DNA of 18,466 nucleotides from a virus (Duplodnaviria; Heunggongvirae; Uroviricota; Caudoviricetes): IMG/VR virus record IMGVR_UViG_2872164251_000003, positions 1 to 18,466 of that record; one strand, 5' to 3'. Shown piece by piece: positions 9,411 to 18,466 of this stretch (position 1 is its first letter; each line of letters starts with the position of its first letter). The notes under the pieces were generated by a model. It saw only the letters and a program-made list of their open reading frames with translations, ran no database searches and was not told where the DNA came from. The position numbers and the translations under genes were made by a program.

Positions 9411-9561
9411 TGCTCTGTATCAGGTCACTAATACCATCTAAGTGGTTGATTCATAGTGACTGGATATGTTGTGTTTTGCAGTATTGTGCAGTCTATTTTT
9501 TAAGCTAAATGTATTATAATGCATTGATATTAATGATTTTTACTGTTTCTCGGTCAGCTTT
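9411..9561 (+). other. Lambda-type attP P-arm (Int arm-type / IHF / Xis site region) ending in core-like GCTTTTTT
   Basis: Recalled lambda attP P-arm (TCTGTTACAGGTCACTAATACCATCTAAGTAGTTGATTCATAGTGACTG...CGTTCAGCTTTTTTATACTAA) aligns along 9411-9565 at roughly 85% identity, including the two inverted arm-type repeats caggtcactaat / catagtgactgg; homology ends inside the core T-run. Confidence 0.6.
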
Positions 9562-10528
<967 letters not shown>

Positions 10529-10831
10529 AAACTGTTGCGAACCATACGCATCATATACAGCCATTGAATGGCCTTGCTCAGTTACAAATTTGGCAATCTG
10601 CCCGTTGTACACAGGATATCCGGCAGCATTGATAACAATTGGCTGAGAAACAGGGACGTGAGATCCGTCTTCATTCTCTACATAAACCTGAATCTGGTTT
10701 TCAGGATTTACCGGGTCAGTGTCAATTTTTCCGATATAAATTTTGCCATTGGCTACGGCTTTAAAAGAACGAGCCATAGTGAAGAGTTGCGAAGGCATCG
10801 ATACGATCACATTGGCTGTAATGTCTGTCAT
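10529..10831 (-). pseudogene. P22/Sf6-type tailspike, N-terminal head-binding domain fragment (about 101 aa) fused to IS629 end
   Basis: [59 protein letters not shown]...[14 protein letters not shown] matches the recalled N-terminus of P22 gp9 / Sf6 tailspike; the frame then runs into the IS629 right end ([12 protein letters not shown]-stop is IS-encoded). Confidence 0.8.
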
Positions 10832-10888
10832 TTAATTTGCTCCAGATACAATGAATCGCCGCAGCGTGGCTACGGTGAATTTTGGGCA

Positions 10889-10911
10889 TAAAAAAAACCA
10901 GCCGAAGCTGG
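10889..10911 (-). terminator. Putative rho-independent terminator between gp16-like gene and tailspike (minus strand)
   Basis: Minus-strand ccagc-ttcg-gctgg hairpin (UUCG tetraloop) followed by tttttttat. Confidence 0.5.
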
Positions 10912-10966
10912 ATAGTTGCGTTGGTTATCTGTCAGTAGTTATGTGCTTATTTAATTATTTATCTAT

Positions 10967-12811
10967 CTATTGTTCTGCTGTAATTTGGCTTGAAAGTATA
11001 GGGCGTATCGCATTTGCAGCATTATTTAACGCTCTTTCATAAGCTGCCGTTCCTGCTTTGGTGTTTGCCAAACGAAGAAGCATATTCCTTGCGGCTTTGG
11101 ACTCATACAAACGCATCATTGCACCAAAACCAGCCTCAAGCCCCATTGATACACCAAGAGTCGCAGTTGCGCCAATCGTCCTTATCCTGTTGGCTTGCGA
11201 TTGCCCCGTCTGAGTTACTACATTTGCGGTGTCTGACCTTGCTGTTTGCTGTAGAACTTCATGAAGAGCATCAAGCTCTTTCATGTGCTTTCCAGAAAAA
11301 ATAGTGTTGTAAATTTCACCGCCTGACTGAGATTTCAGCTTATTAACTTCAGTGATGAACTTGGCTGGAGAGTCACCGGCCTTTTCCGCTATTTTGCTGA
11401 CGTAAGCTGCACGCATAGCATCTTTCCCTTTATCATCCAGTGCGCTCCAGATTCGTTTCACGTCAGATGGTTTTCTGCTTAATACAACGGTATTTATAAG
11501 TTCAGGACTGGCTTCACTGCTTGCCTTGTTGAGCTTGTTAGCAATGTTTTTATTAAGCACCTTATTATAAACGTTTGCATAATCGGAATTTGCTTTAAGG
11601 TATTTTGCTGCGTCTGATGCACCGAGGTTTTTAGCAACTGCGTTACGAAGGTCTTTTGACATTGCATTCTCTACCATATTGGTAGCTGCTTTTGCCTGGT
11701 TGGGGAAGACCATAGCATCTCCCTGAACATTAGATCTAAATGCTGTTCTGTGCTGACGCAAGAGATCAAACGTAACATCCAAATCAGTTGCAGGGTTTGC
11801 TAATTCTTCACGTAGGTTACGCAAGGATGTAAGCAGGCTTTGATTGGCAGACGTCCCAAGCCGTTCCTGTCTTGCGATCGCTGTATTCAGAGCATTCATG
11901 GTATTTGTGGTATCAACTGCGGCATTACCCATTTTATTGGTGACGTCATTGATAACAGCGCCAGCGGCATCCTTCCGCCCCCTTAACGTGGTGGTAAGAG
12001 ATTTCACCACATCATCAGGGTTGTACTCACCAAAACGGTCAAAATAATTACTTACCAGCTTACTACGCGTTGCATATTGCTCCGCTCGCTTTGAGCCTGT
12101 CCCGAGCAAAGCCCCCTCGGCATCCTGAGTTAGGCCGCGAGTGAAAGCATTTTTCGGCGGGATAACATCAGATGTCATTGGTGTCACGCCCATCGATTCT
12201 GATGTGGCAATTTTCTTCGCCACTTCTGGCGCAATATCACCTTTTATAGCCGTTATTCCACGCCCTATTCCCTTTGCTGCTGCGGAAAGAACACCCTGAG
12301 CGGCAAGGTTAACTCCGGCATTTTTAGCTGCATTTTGTGCGAAATCGCCTTTCTGATTTGCGGCCTCTGCCAGTGATCCAATAGCCATGCTTCCTGCCGT
12401 TCCAACTCCTGGAACTAAATACCCACCAATTGTTTCACCGGCTTGCGCGTAGGGGTCTGTCGGTCTGTCTACTGGACGATAAACATCATCCAAAACCTTG
12501 GGTCCACCAAGCCCCTGACTGATTGCATTAATCAGACTTGCGCCGCCCTGCAATACGTCAAATGGTATGTTTACCAGACCACGACCAGCCTGTTCTGCAA
12601 TTTGCCCTGCACTTTGACCACCAGTGAGCCAATCGCCAGCTTGTTGCATCAATGATGGTTCTTCCCGTGTTGGTGCATTATTGGCCTGATTAACTGTTTG
12701 TTGCTGAACAGCCTGACCAGCAAAATACTCATCAATGGCGGTGCCAATATCTTCGGTGCTCGTACCATCAGGAAAGGTAAATGTCTTACCGTTTGCAGTT
12801 ACTTTCATCAT
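10967..12811 (-). CDS. Phage DNA-ejection / internal virion protein, P22 gp16-like (614 aa)
   Basis: Size and position (immediately upstream of a P22/Sf6-type tailspike) match P22 gene 16; N-terminus [11 protein letters not shown]... resembles gp16 as recalled; start ATG overlaps upstream stop (ATGA). Confidence 0.5.
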   Translation of the reverse strand: MMKVTANGKTFTFPDGTSTEDIGTAIDEYFAGQAVQQQTVNQANNAPTREEPSLMQQAGDWLTGGQSAGQIAEQAGRGLVNIPFDVLQGGASLINAISQGLGGPKVLDDVYRPVDRPTDPYAQAGETIGGYLVPGVGTAGSMAIGSLAEAANQKGDFAQNAAKNAGVNLAAQGVLSAAAKGIGRGITAIKGDIAPEVAKKIATSESMGVTPMTSDVIPPKNAFTRGLTQDAEGALLGTGSKRAEQYATRSKLVSNYFDRFGEYNPDDVVKSLTTTLRGRKDAAGAVINDVTNKMGNAAVDTTNTMNALNTAIARQERLGTSANQSLLTSLRNLREELANPATDLDVTFDLLRQHRTAFRSNVQGDAMVFPNQAKAATNMVENAMSKDLRNAVAKNLGASDAAKYLKANSDYANVYNKVLNKNIANKLNKASSEASPELINTVVLSRKPSDVKRIWSALDDKGKDAMRAAYVSKIAEKAGDSPAKFITEVNKLKSQSGGEIYNTIFSGKHMKELDALHEVLQQTARSDTANVVTQTGQSQANRIRTIGATATLGVSMGLEAGFGAMMRLYESKAARNMLLRLANTKAGTAAYERALNNAANAIRPILSSQITAEQ

Positions 12812-14214
12812 TCCACCGTAAATTGAATGCCTGATTTTGAGGTATATGATCCAACCTGATTCCGTGGTTCTCCTGAAGGTGTCGAATCTTGTGCTGGCGC
12901 TGCGTCAGTATTCATTGACATATACCGCTTAACGGCACTCCCCAATGATTCACCTTTTTTAACATCCAACCCCAATATCTGACCGCCATTACGCGATTGT
13001 CCAGGGTTGCCATTCGCGCTCATCCACTCGGCTTTAAACTCATTAAACTGCGCGTTTCGTCGCTCAAGGTTTGCCATTGCATCAAGCCATCTTGCGACCG
13101 TCTCAGGGTTATCCATGTCAGTTGGCGCACCCTGTCGAACGATCTCAACGTCTTTATCCGTTGCTGGGCCGGGAGGTAGGAATTTAAGAACCTGACTGTT
13201 AACAAGGGCATTTTGGCGAATGCGCAAATCACGCAATGTTGTATCGCTTCCGGTAAGTTTTGCGAACATGTTCTGTGCGTTACCGAACAAACCTGTCGTT
13301 GGTTTTTCTGCTCTGAACTGTTGAGCAAGCGCACTCATAGAATTGGCTGAGTTTGATGATGCTGTAGCATTGTTTACAGCCGTCTCGATGCCTTTTTCCA
13401 TGTTTACTGACAGCTTAGGTGCTTCGCTAATCAACTGCTGAGCCTTTTCCTGCGCTTGCTGCATCTTAAACCCGAACTCTTGCTGATCCAGAGCCAAGCG
13501 TTGTGCTGCGATATTGTGCCCAGTCATTGCTGACTGATAGGAAAGGTTTTGCCCTCTCGCCTGAAGTGCTTCTCCAGCCTGATTGCTGCGGATTGTCTCT
13601 GCCAGCCTGCCTCGGTCAATTTCACGACCAGCCATCTTGTCCTGAACATTGAAGTAATCAATCGGACCAAGAGCAGCCATTCCAAGGTGATCAACAAACT
13701 CACCAAATCCTGAAGGATTCTGCTGATACATCTGAGCAACGCTGTTAGGGTCAACACCGACGCGCGCCAGCTCATTGGCGTTGTTTTGCAGCCATGATTG
13801 CATTGCTTCTGGAGACGAGGCCGCAAGGCGTGCGCCAGCCGCTAAGGTGCCGATAGAATTACGCTGGTCTTCATCAATGAATCCCATGCCTTTACGAACG
13901 GATTCAATCTGGTCTGGATATTGATTAGCCAACTGACGCAAAGCACCGCGATCACCAGACGCATAAGCATTAGCGTACGCCTGCTGAAATTCTTTCTGCC
14001 GCTGAGCCTGATTTTCCTGCTGAAACACCCCTGCAATACCTGAAAGGCCTTGCAAAGCAGTCAGCCCAACATTGTTAGCGCCTGAACGCTCAATATCATT
14101 GTTCTGCCTGATAAGCTGAAGCGTATTGCCGATGTCATTTACGCTCGGAGCGTTTGAGTTGACGCCGCCGATACCAGCTAACAATCCGCCATTTGATCCT
14201 TGCCAAGTAGCCAT
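12808..14214 (-). CDS. Phage DNA-ejection protein, P22 gp20-like (468 aa)
   Basis: Size and gene order consistent with P22 gene 20 (about 470 aa); Ala/Gln/Asn-rich low-complexity composition; 4-bp ATGA overlap with the downstream gene suggests translational coupling. Confidence 0.5.
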   Translation of the reverse strand: MATWQGSNGGLLAGIGGVNSNAPSVNDIGNTLQLIRQNNDIERSGANNVGLTALQGLSGIAGVFQQENQAQRQKEFQQAYANAYASGDRGALRQLANQYPDQIESVRKGMGFIDEDQRNSIGTLAAGARLAASSPEAMQSWLQNNANELARVGVDPNSVAQMYQQNPSGFGEFVDHLGMAALGPIDYFNVQDKMAGREIDRGRLAETIRSNQAGEALQARGQNLSYQSAMTGHNIAAQRLALDQQEFGFKMQQAQEKAQQLISEAPKLSVNMEKGIETAVNNATASSNSANSMSALAQQFRAEKPTTGLFGNAQNMFAKLTGSDTTLRDLRIRQNALVNSQVLKFLPPGPATDKDVEIVRQGAPTDMDNPETVARWLDAMANLERRNAQFNEFKAEWMSANGNPGQSRNGGQILGLDVKKGESLGSAVKRYMSMNTDAAPAQDSTPSGEPRNQVGSYTSKSGIQFTVE

Positions 14215-14223
14215 GATTACCCC

Positions 14224-14757
14224 TTAAAACAACGAGCCAAGCAATCCGATACCAGCACCAATGCCAGCGCCCCAAGGTGTTGATGTTCCCAAAAGGCTGG
14301 CAAGACCTGCACCGGCAATCGCACCAGATGTTCCGCCACTAATTGCAGTCTGAAGACTTGATGGTTTATTGGCATTAGCAGCGGCAAGAGCTGCGCTTTG
14401 CTGTGCAATGCTGCTCATGTTGTTGGCGTACGTCTGCCCGGCGTTTGCCTGACCTTGCAGCGCACCAAGCCCAACGTTTGCCAGATTGTTGTAATTGCTC
14501 ATCTGGTTTGATAACCAAGACTGACCGAGAGTCGGCGCGATCGTAGCCAGTTGATTGCTTGTGGCTGTCGAACCAAGTCCACCCGTCGCCTCCGCAGCAG
14601 CAAGACTCTGGTAACGAGCCTGACCTGCAAGGTCTTTATACTGCTGAGAGTTGTAATACTGATTAAGTGCCTGCCCCTGACCTTCTAAACTGGAAAGGTT
14701 CTGAAGCTGGTTAACATACTGCTCCGCAAGAGGCGTGAACGGAGTAAGGTTTTTCAT
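14224..14757 (-). CDS. Phage ejection protein, P22 gp7-like, probably 5-prime truncated at the IS629 boundary
   Basis: 177-aa ORF with C-terminal hydrophobic Gly/Ala-rich segment; the reading frame stays open upstream of the ATG all the way to the IS629 end at 14802, suggesting the native N-terminus was removed. Confidence 0.4.
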   Translation of the reverse strand: MKNLTPFTPLAEQYVNQLQNLSSLEGQGQALNQYYNSQQYKDLAGQARYQSLAAAEATGGLGSTATSNQLATIAPTLGQSWLSNQMSNYNNLANVGLGALQGQANAGQTYANNMSSIAQQSAALAAANANKPSSLQTAISGGTSGAIAGAGLASLLGTSTPWGAGIGAGIGLLGSLF

Positions 14758-14844
14758 GATCGTCTGCCACTGCTGATTTTGCAGGTCTGCGGCATACTTC
14801 TGTGAACCGCCCCGGGTTTCCTGGAGAGTGTTTTATCTGTGAAC

Positions 14845-15735
14845 TCAGGCTGCCAGATCATCGTTTCCGATGGAAGCATAATAAGCTTTTTCTGCTTCTG
14901 CCGGAGGGATGTGGCCCAGCCTTTCCAGCAATCGTCGATTGTTATACCAGTCCACCCACGTTAGTGTGGCCAGTTCCACTTCTGCACGGTTTTTCCAGCT
15001 CTTACGGTGTATTACCTCCGCTTTGTAAAGACCATTGATGCTCTCCGCCATCGCGTTGTCATACGAGTCGCCTGTACTTCCTGTTGATGCCAGTAATCCG
15101 GCTTCCTTAAGCCGCTGTGTGTAGGCCAGCGATACATACTGAGAACCTTTATCACTGTGATGGACCGTGCCGGACGGTCGACGGGCCCATAACGCCTGCT
15201 CCAGTGCATCCAGCACGAATGTCGTTTCCATGGACGATGAGACCCGCCACCCCACGATGTATCCGGCAAACACATCAATGATGAACACCACATAGACGAA
15301 GCCCCTCCATGTGCTGACGTAAGTAAAATCAGCCACCCACAGCTGGTCAGGTCGTTCTGCCACGAACTGACGGTTTACGCGGTCGCCTGCGGCAACGGCT
15401 TTCCGGCTGATGGTCGTACGGACCTTTTTACCCCGGAGAACACCGGCAAGTCCCATAACCGCCATGAGACGTGCCACAGTGCATCTGGCCACTCTGATAC
15501 CTTCCCGTAACAACTGACGCCAGACTTTACGCACACCGTATACCTTGTGATTTTCATCGTATACGCGCTGTATCTCTTTCTTCAGCCAGTCATCGCGCTG
15601 CGCACGGGCACTGCGTTTATCCGGATGATGTCGCTGTTGCTGACAGTGGTAATACGTTGACGGGGCAATATGCAGTTCGCTGCATAGCGGTCCGACCCCG
15701 TACTGCTCACGCAGCTTATCCAGCAGTGGCATCAT
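14845..15735 (-). CDS. IS629 OrfB (DDE transposase catalytic domain, 296 aa)
   Basis: [30 protein letters not shown]...; IS3-family integrase-core-like sequence; start overlaps orfA stop (ATGATG) in the -1 frame beside an A-run, consistent with IS3-family frameshift fusion. Confidence 0.9.
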   Translation of the reverse strand: MMPLLDKLREQYGVGPLCSELHIAPSTYYHCQQQRHHPDKRSARAQRDDWLKKEIQRVYDENHKVYGVRKVWRQLLREGIRVARCTVARLMAVMGLAGVLRGKKVRTTISRKAVAAGDRVNRQFVAERPDQLWVADFTYVSTWRGFVYVVFIIDVFAGYIVGWRVSSSMETTFVLDALEQALWARRPSGTVHHSDKGSQYVSLAYTQRLKEAGLLASTGSTGDSYDNAMAESINGLYKAEVIHRKSWKNRAEVELATLTWVDWYNNRRLLERLGHIPPAEAEKAYYASIGNDDLAA

Positions 15736-16058
15736 TTTTTCCAGAGGCGGTCGAACTCCGCCTTCGCAAAATAAGCGGAAGCCTGGCGAAGGATATCGTT
15801 ACTGCGGCGCAGTTCACGATTTTCACGCTCCAGCTCTTTCAGACGCTGACGTTCAGCGGTGGTGAGCCCTCCATCACCGCCCCCGGTATCCCGCTCATGC
15901 TGGCGAACCCAGACACGCAGAGTCTCCGGCGTACAGCCAATCTTTGGAGCAATGGAACAAATTGTCGCCCATTGTGAGTCATATTCGCCCTGACTTTCCA
16001 GAACCATACGGACTGCCCGTTGACGGACTTCGGGGGAAAAACGAGTATTTTTAGTCAT
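15732..16058 (-). CDS. IS629 OrfA (helix-turn-helix / leucine-zipper transposase subunit, 108 aa)
   Basis: [57 protein letters not shown]...; typical IS3-family OrfA. Confidence 0.9.
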   Translation of the reverse strand: MTKNTRFSPEVRQRAVRMVLESQGEYDSQWATICSIAPKIGCTPETLRVWVRQHERDTGGGDGGLTTAERQRLKELERENRELRRSNDILRQASAYFAKAEFDRLWKK

Positions 16059-16112
16059 CCTGTTTACCTCTTTCTCAGGAAGTTTAGTCTCCAGGATTCC
16101 CGGGGCGGTTCA

Positions 16113-16549
16113 GTTCTATTTTCCGAATTTGCTGAAGTATGACCCTGATCAGTTCGGTCCGGATTTAATTGAGCAACTAGCTCAATCCGGTAAGTATTCG
16201 CAGGATAACACCAAAGGCGATGCCATGATTGGCGTCAAGCAGCCTTTACCAAAAGCAGTTTTAAGAACTCAGCATGACAAAAATAAAGAAGCAATAAGTA
16301 TCCTGGATTTTGGTGTTATTGATGATGGTGTGACAGATAATTACCAGGCAATACAAAATGCAATAGATGCCGTTGCTTCACTACCCTCCGGCGGGGAGCT
16401 GTTTATCCCTGCGAGCAACCAAGCGGTGGGGTATATTGTTGGATCCACTTTGCTTATTCCTTGCGGTGTTAACATCAGAGGGGTTGGTAAGGCATCGCAA
16501 CTCCGAGCAAAAAGCGGACTTACAGGATCTGTGTTAAGGCTGTCTTATG
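16113..16549 (+). pseudogene. Tailspike middle fragment (continuation after head-binding domain), interrupted by IS1
   Basis: Frame open from the first base after the IS629 end: FYFPNLLKYDPDQFGPDLIEQ...; LKYDPDQ matches the P22 tailspike linker that follows the head-binding domain; frame ends in IS1-encoded stop. Confidence 0.75.
16541..16549. repeat. 9-bp target site duplication TGTCTTATG (left copy) of IS1 copy 2
   Basis: Identical 9-mer TGTCTTATG directly abuts both IS1 termini (16541-16549 and 17322-17330). Confidence 0.9.
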
Positions 16550-16564
16550 GGTAATGACTCCAAC

Positions 16565-17072
16565 TTACTGATAGTGTTTTATGTTCAGATAATGCCCGAT
16601 GACCTTGTCATGCAGCTCCACCGATTTTGAGAACGACAGTGACTTCCGTCCCAGCCTTGCCAGATGTTGTCTCAGATTCAGATTATGTCGCTCAATGCGC
16701 TGAGTGTAACGCTTGCTGATAACGTGCAGCTTTCCCTTCCTTCAGGCGTGATTCATACAGCGGCCAGCCATCCGTCATCCATACCACGACCTCAAAGGCC
16801 GACAGCAGGCTCAGAAGACGCTCCAGTGTGGCCAGAGTGCGTTCACCGAAGACGTGCGCCACAACCGTCCTCCGTATCCTGTCATACGCGTAAAACAGCC
16901 AGCGCTGACGTGATTTAGCACCGACGTAGCCCCAATGTTCGTCCATTTCAGCGCAGACAATCACATCACTGCCCGGTTGTATGCGCGAGGTTACCGACTG
17001 CGGCCTGAGTTTTTTAAGTGACGTAAAACCGTGTTGAGGCCAACGCCCATAATGCGTGCACTGGCGCGACAT
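16565..17072 (-). pseudogene. insB: IS1 insB, frameshifted by 4-bp tandem duplication
   Basis: Copy 2 reads ctttcccttccttcaggcg where copy 1 has ctttcccttcaggcg; the ORF then ends prematurely (…[21 protein letters not shown]) instead of the 167-aa InsB. Confidence 0.75.
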
Positions 17073-17266
17073 CCGACGCCATTCATGGCCATATCAATGA
17101 TTTTCTGGTGCGTACCGGGCTGAGAGGCGGTGTAAGTGAACTGTAGTTGCCATGTTTTACGGCAATGAGAGCAGAGATAGCGCTGATGTCCGGCAGTGCT
17201 TTTGCCGTTACGCACCACGCCTTCAGTAGCGGAGCAGGAAGGACATCTGATGGAAATGGAAGCCAC
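16991..17266 (-). CDS. insA: IS1 InsA (91 aa)
   Basis: Same as copy 1 apart from one substitution (A to G near the C-terminus). Confidence 0.85.
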   Translation of the reverse strand: MASISIRCPSCSATEGVVRNGKSTAGHQRYLCSHCRKTWQLQFTYTASQPGTHQKIIDMAMNGVGCRASARIMGVGLNTVLRHLKNSGRSR

Positions 17267-17321
17267 GCAAGCACCTTAAAATCACCATCATACACTAAAT
17301 CAGTAAGTTGGCAGCATTACC

Positions 17322-17330
17322 TGTCTTATG
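17322..17330. repeat. 9-bp target site duplication TGTCTTATG (right copy) of IS1 copy 2
   Basis: See left copy. Confidence 0.9.
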
Positions 17331-18466
17331 ATTCAGACACTATCGGCCGTTATCTGAGAAATATACGAGTAACTGGTAATAACACCTGCAATGGTATTGA
17401 CACAAACATTACAGCAGAAGACTCTGTCATCAGACAGGTTTATGGCTGGGTATTTGATAATGTAATGGTGAATGAAGTTGAAACCGCTTATTTAATGCAA
17501 GGGCTCTGGCACTCAAAATTTATAGCATGTCAGGCTGGAACCTGTAGAGTCGGTCTTCACTTTTTAGGCCAGTGCGTAAGTGTTAGTGTCAGCTCCTGCC
17601 ATTTCAGCAGAGGAAATTATTCTGCTGATGAAAGCTTTGGCATCAGGATTCAGCCTCAAACGTATGCGTGGTCGTCAGAGGCAGTTAGGTCAGAAGCAAT
17701 AATTTTAGACAGTGAGACCATGTGCATTGGTTTTAAAAATGCCGTCTATGTTCATGATTGCCTTGATTTGCATATGGAACAACTGGATTTAGATTATTGC
17801 GGTTCAACAGGCGTGGTTATAGAGAATGTAAACGGAGGATTTTCTTTCTCAAACTCATGGATAGCAGCAGATGCCGATGGCACTGAACAATTTACGGGGA
17901 TATATTTTAGAACGCCGACCTCAACGCAGTCACATAAAATTGTCAGTGGTGTTCATATCAACACTGCAAACAAAAACACGGCTGCAAACAATCAAAGTAT
18001 AGCGATAGAACAGTCGGCGATCTTCGTCTTTGTAAGTGGTTGTACGTTAACTGGTGATGAATGGGCTGTAAATATTGTCGACATCAATGAATGTGTTTCT
18101 TTCGATAAGTGCATATTCAATAAGCCTCTACGCTATCTTCGTAGCGGTGGCGTGTCAGTTACTGACTGTTATTTGGCTGGCATTACCGAGGTGCAGAAAC
18201 CGGAAGGCAGATACAATACGTATCGTGGCTGTTCAGGCGTACCGTCTGTAAATGGGATCATTAATGTCCCAGTTGCGGTAGGTGCCACAAGCGGATCTGC
18301 AGCTATACCGAACCCGGGGAACCTGACATACAGAGTAAGAAGCCTTTTTGGTGACCCTGCATCAAGTGGTGACAAGGTTAGTGTTTCCGTGGTGACAATT
18401 AATGTTACTCGCCCAAGCCCAGTAGGAGTCGCGCTGCCTTCAATGGTTGAGTATCTGGCCATCTGA
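17322..18466 (+). pseudogene. Tailspike C-terminal fragment (receptor-binding / putative beta-helix domain), downstream of IS1
   Basis: Frame continues exactly from the fragment before IS1 once the IS and one TSD copy are removed (...RLSY | DSDTIGRYLRNIRVTGNN...); ends at TGA 18464-18466. The ORF track call from 17147 is chimeric with IS1 sequence. Confidence 0.75.

Larger units (their letters stand above)
14803..16112 (-). mobile_element. IS629 (IS3 family), complete 1310-bp copy
   Basis: Imperfect terminal inverted repeats TGAACCGCCCCGGGAATCCTGGAGA (minus strand from 16112) and TGAACCGCCCCGGGTTTCCTGGAGA (plus strand from 14803); length 1310 bp matches IS629 as recalled; overlapping orfA/orfB. 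Confidence 0.88.
16550..17321 (-). mobile_element. IS1 insertion sequence, copy 2 (772 bp incl. 4-bp internal duplication)
   Basis: Termini ggtaatgactccaacttactgatagtg... and ...atcagtaagttggcagcattacc; flanked by perfect 9-bp direct repeats; same orientation as copy 1. Confidence 0.92.

Noticed and set aside
17147-17321. N-terminal 58 codons of the 439-aa ORF call (starts inside IS1)
   Set aside because: This part is IS1 sequence read in an open frame; the genuine tailspike coding sequence resumes only at 17322 after the IS1 end.

Overview
This window looks like a Shigella/EIEC-type accessory region (inferred from an ipaH effector gene plus dense IS1 and IS629) where two degraded prophages meet. 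Left part (1-9560, + strand): an IS1 copy inserted into a lambda-like tail assembly gene I, then lambda-like J, lom, a side tail fibre gene with a divergent C-terminus and a downstream phage gene, followed on the minus strand by an intact ipaH (LRR + NEL E3 ligase) moron with a MxiE-box-like motif upstream, a small IS256-family transposase remnant, and a lambda-type attP P-arm that ends in its core T-run fused to an internal point of a truncated IS629. Right part (10529-18466): a P22/Sf6-like podovirus remnant (gp7/gp20/gp16-like ejection proteins and a tailspike). The tailspike is split three ways: its head-binding domain is on the minus strand abutting the truncated IS629, while the rest is on the plus strand after a complete, inverted IS629 and is further interrupted by a second IS1 with a perfect 9-bp target duplication. 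The geometry fits IS629-mediated inversion of about 4.3 kb. No CRISPR, rRNA or tRNA was seen. Product names rest on recalled similarity to lambda, P22/Sf6, IpaH, IS1 and IS629 proteins; no database search was possible.
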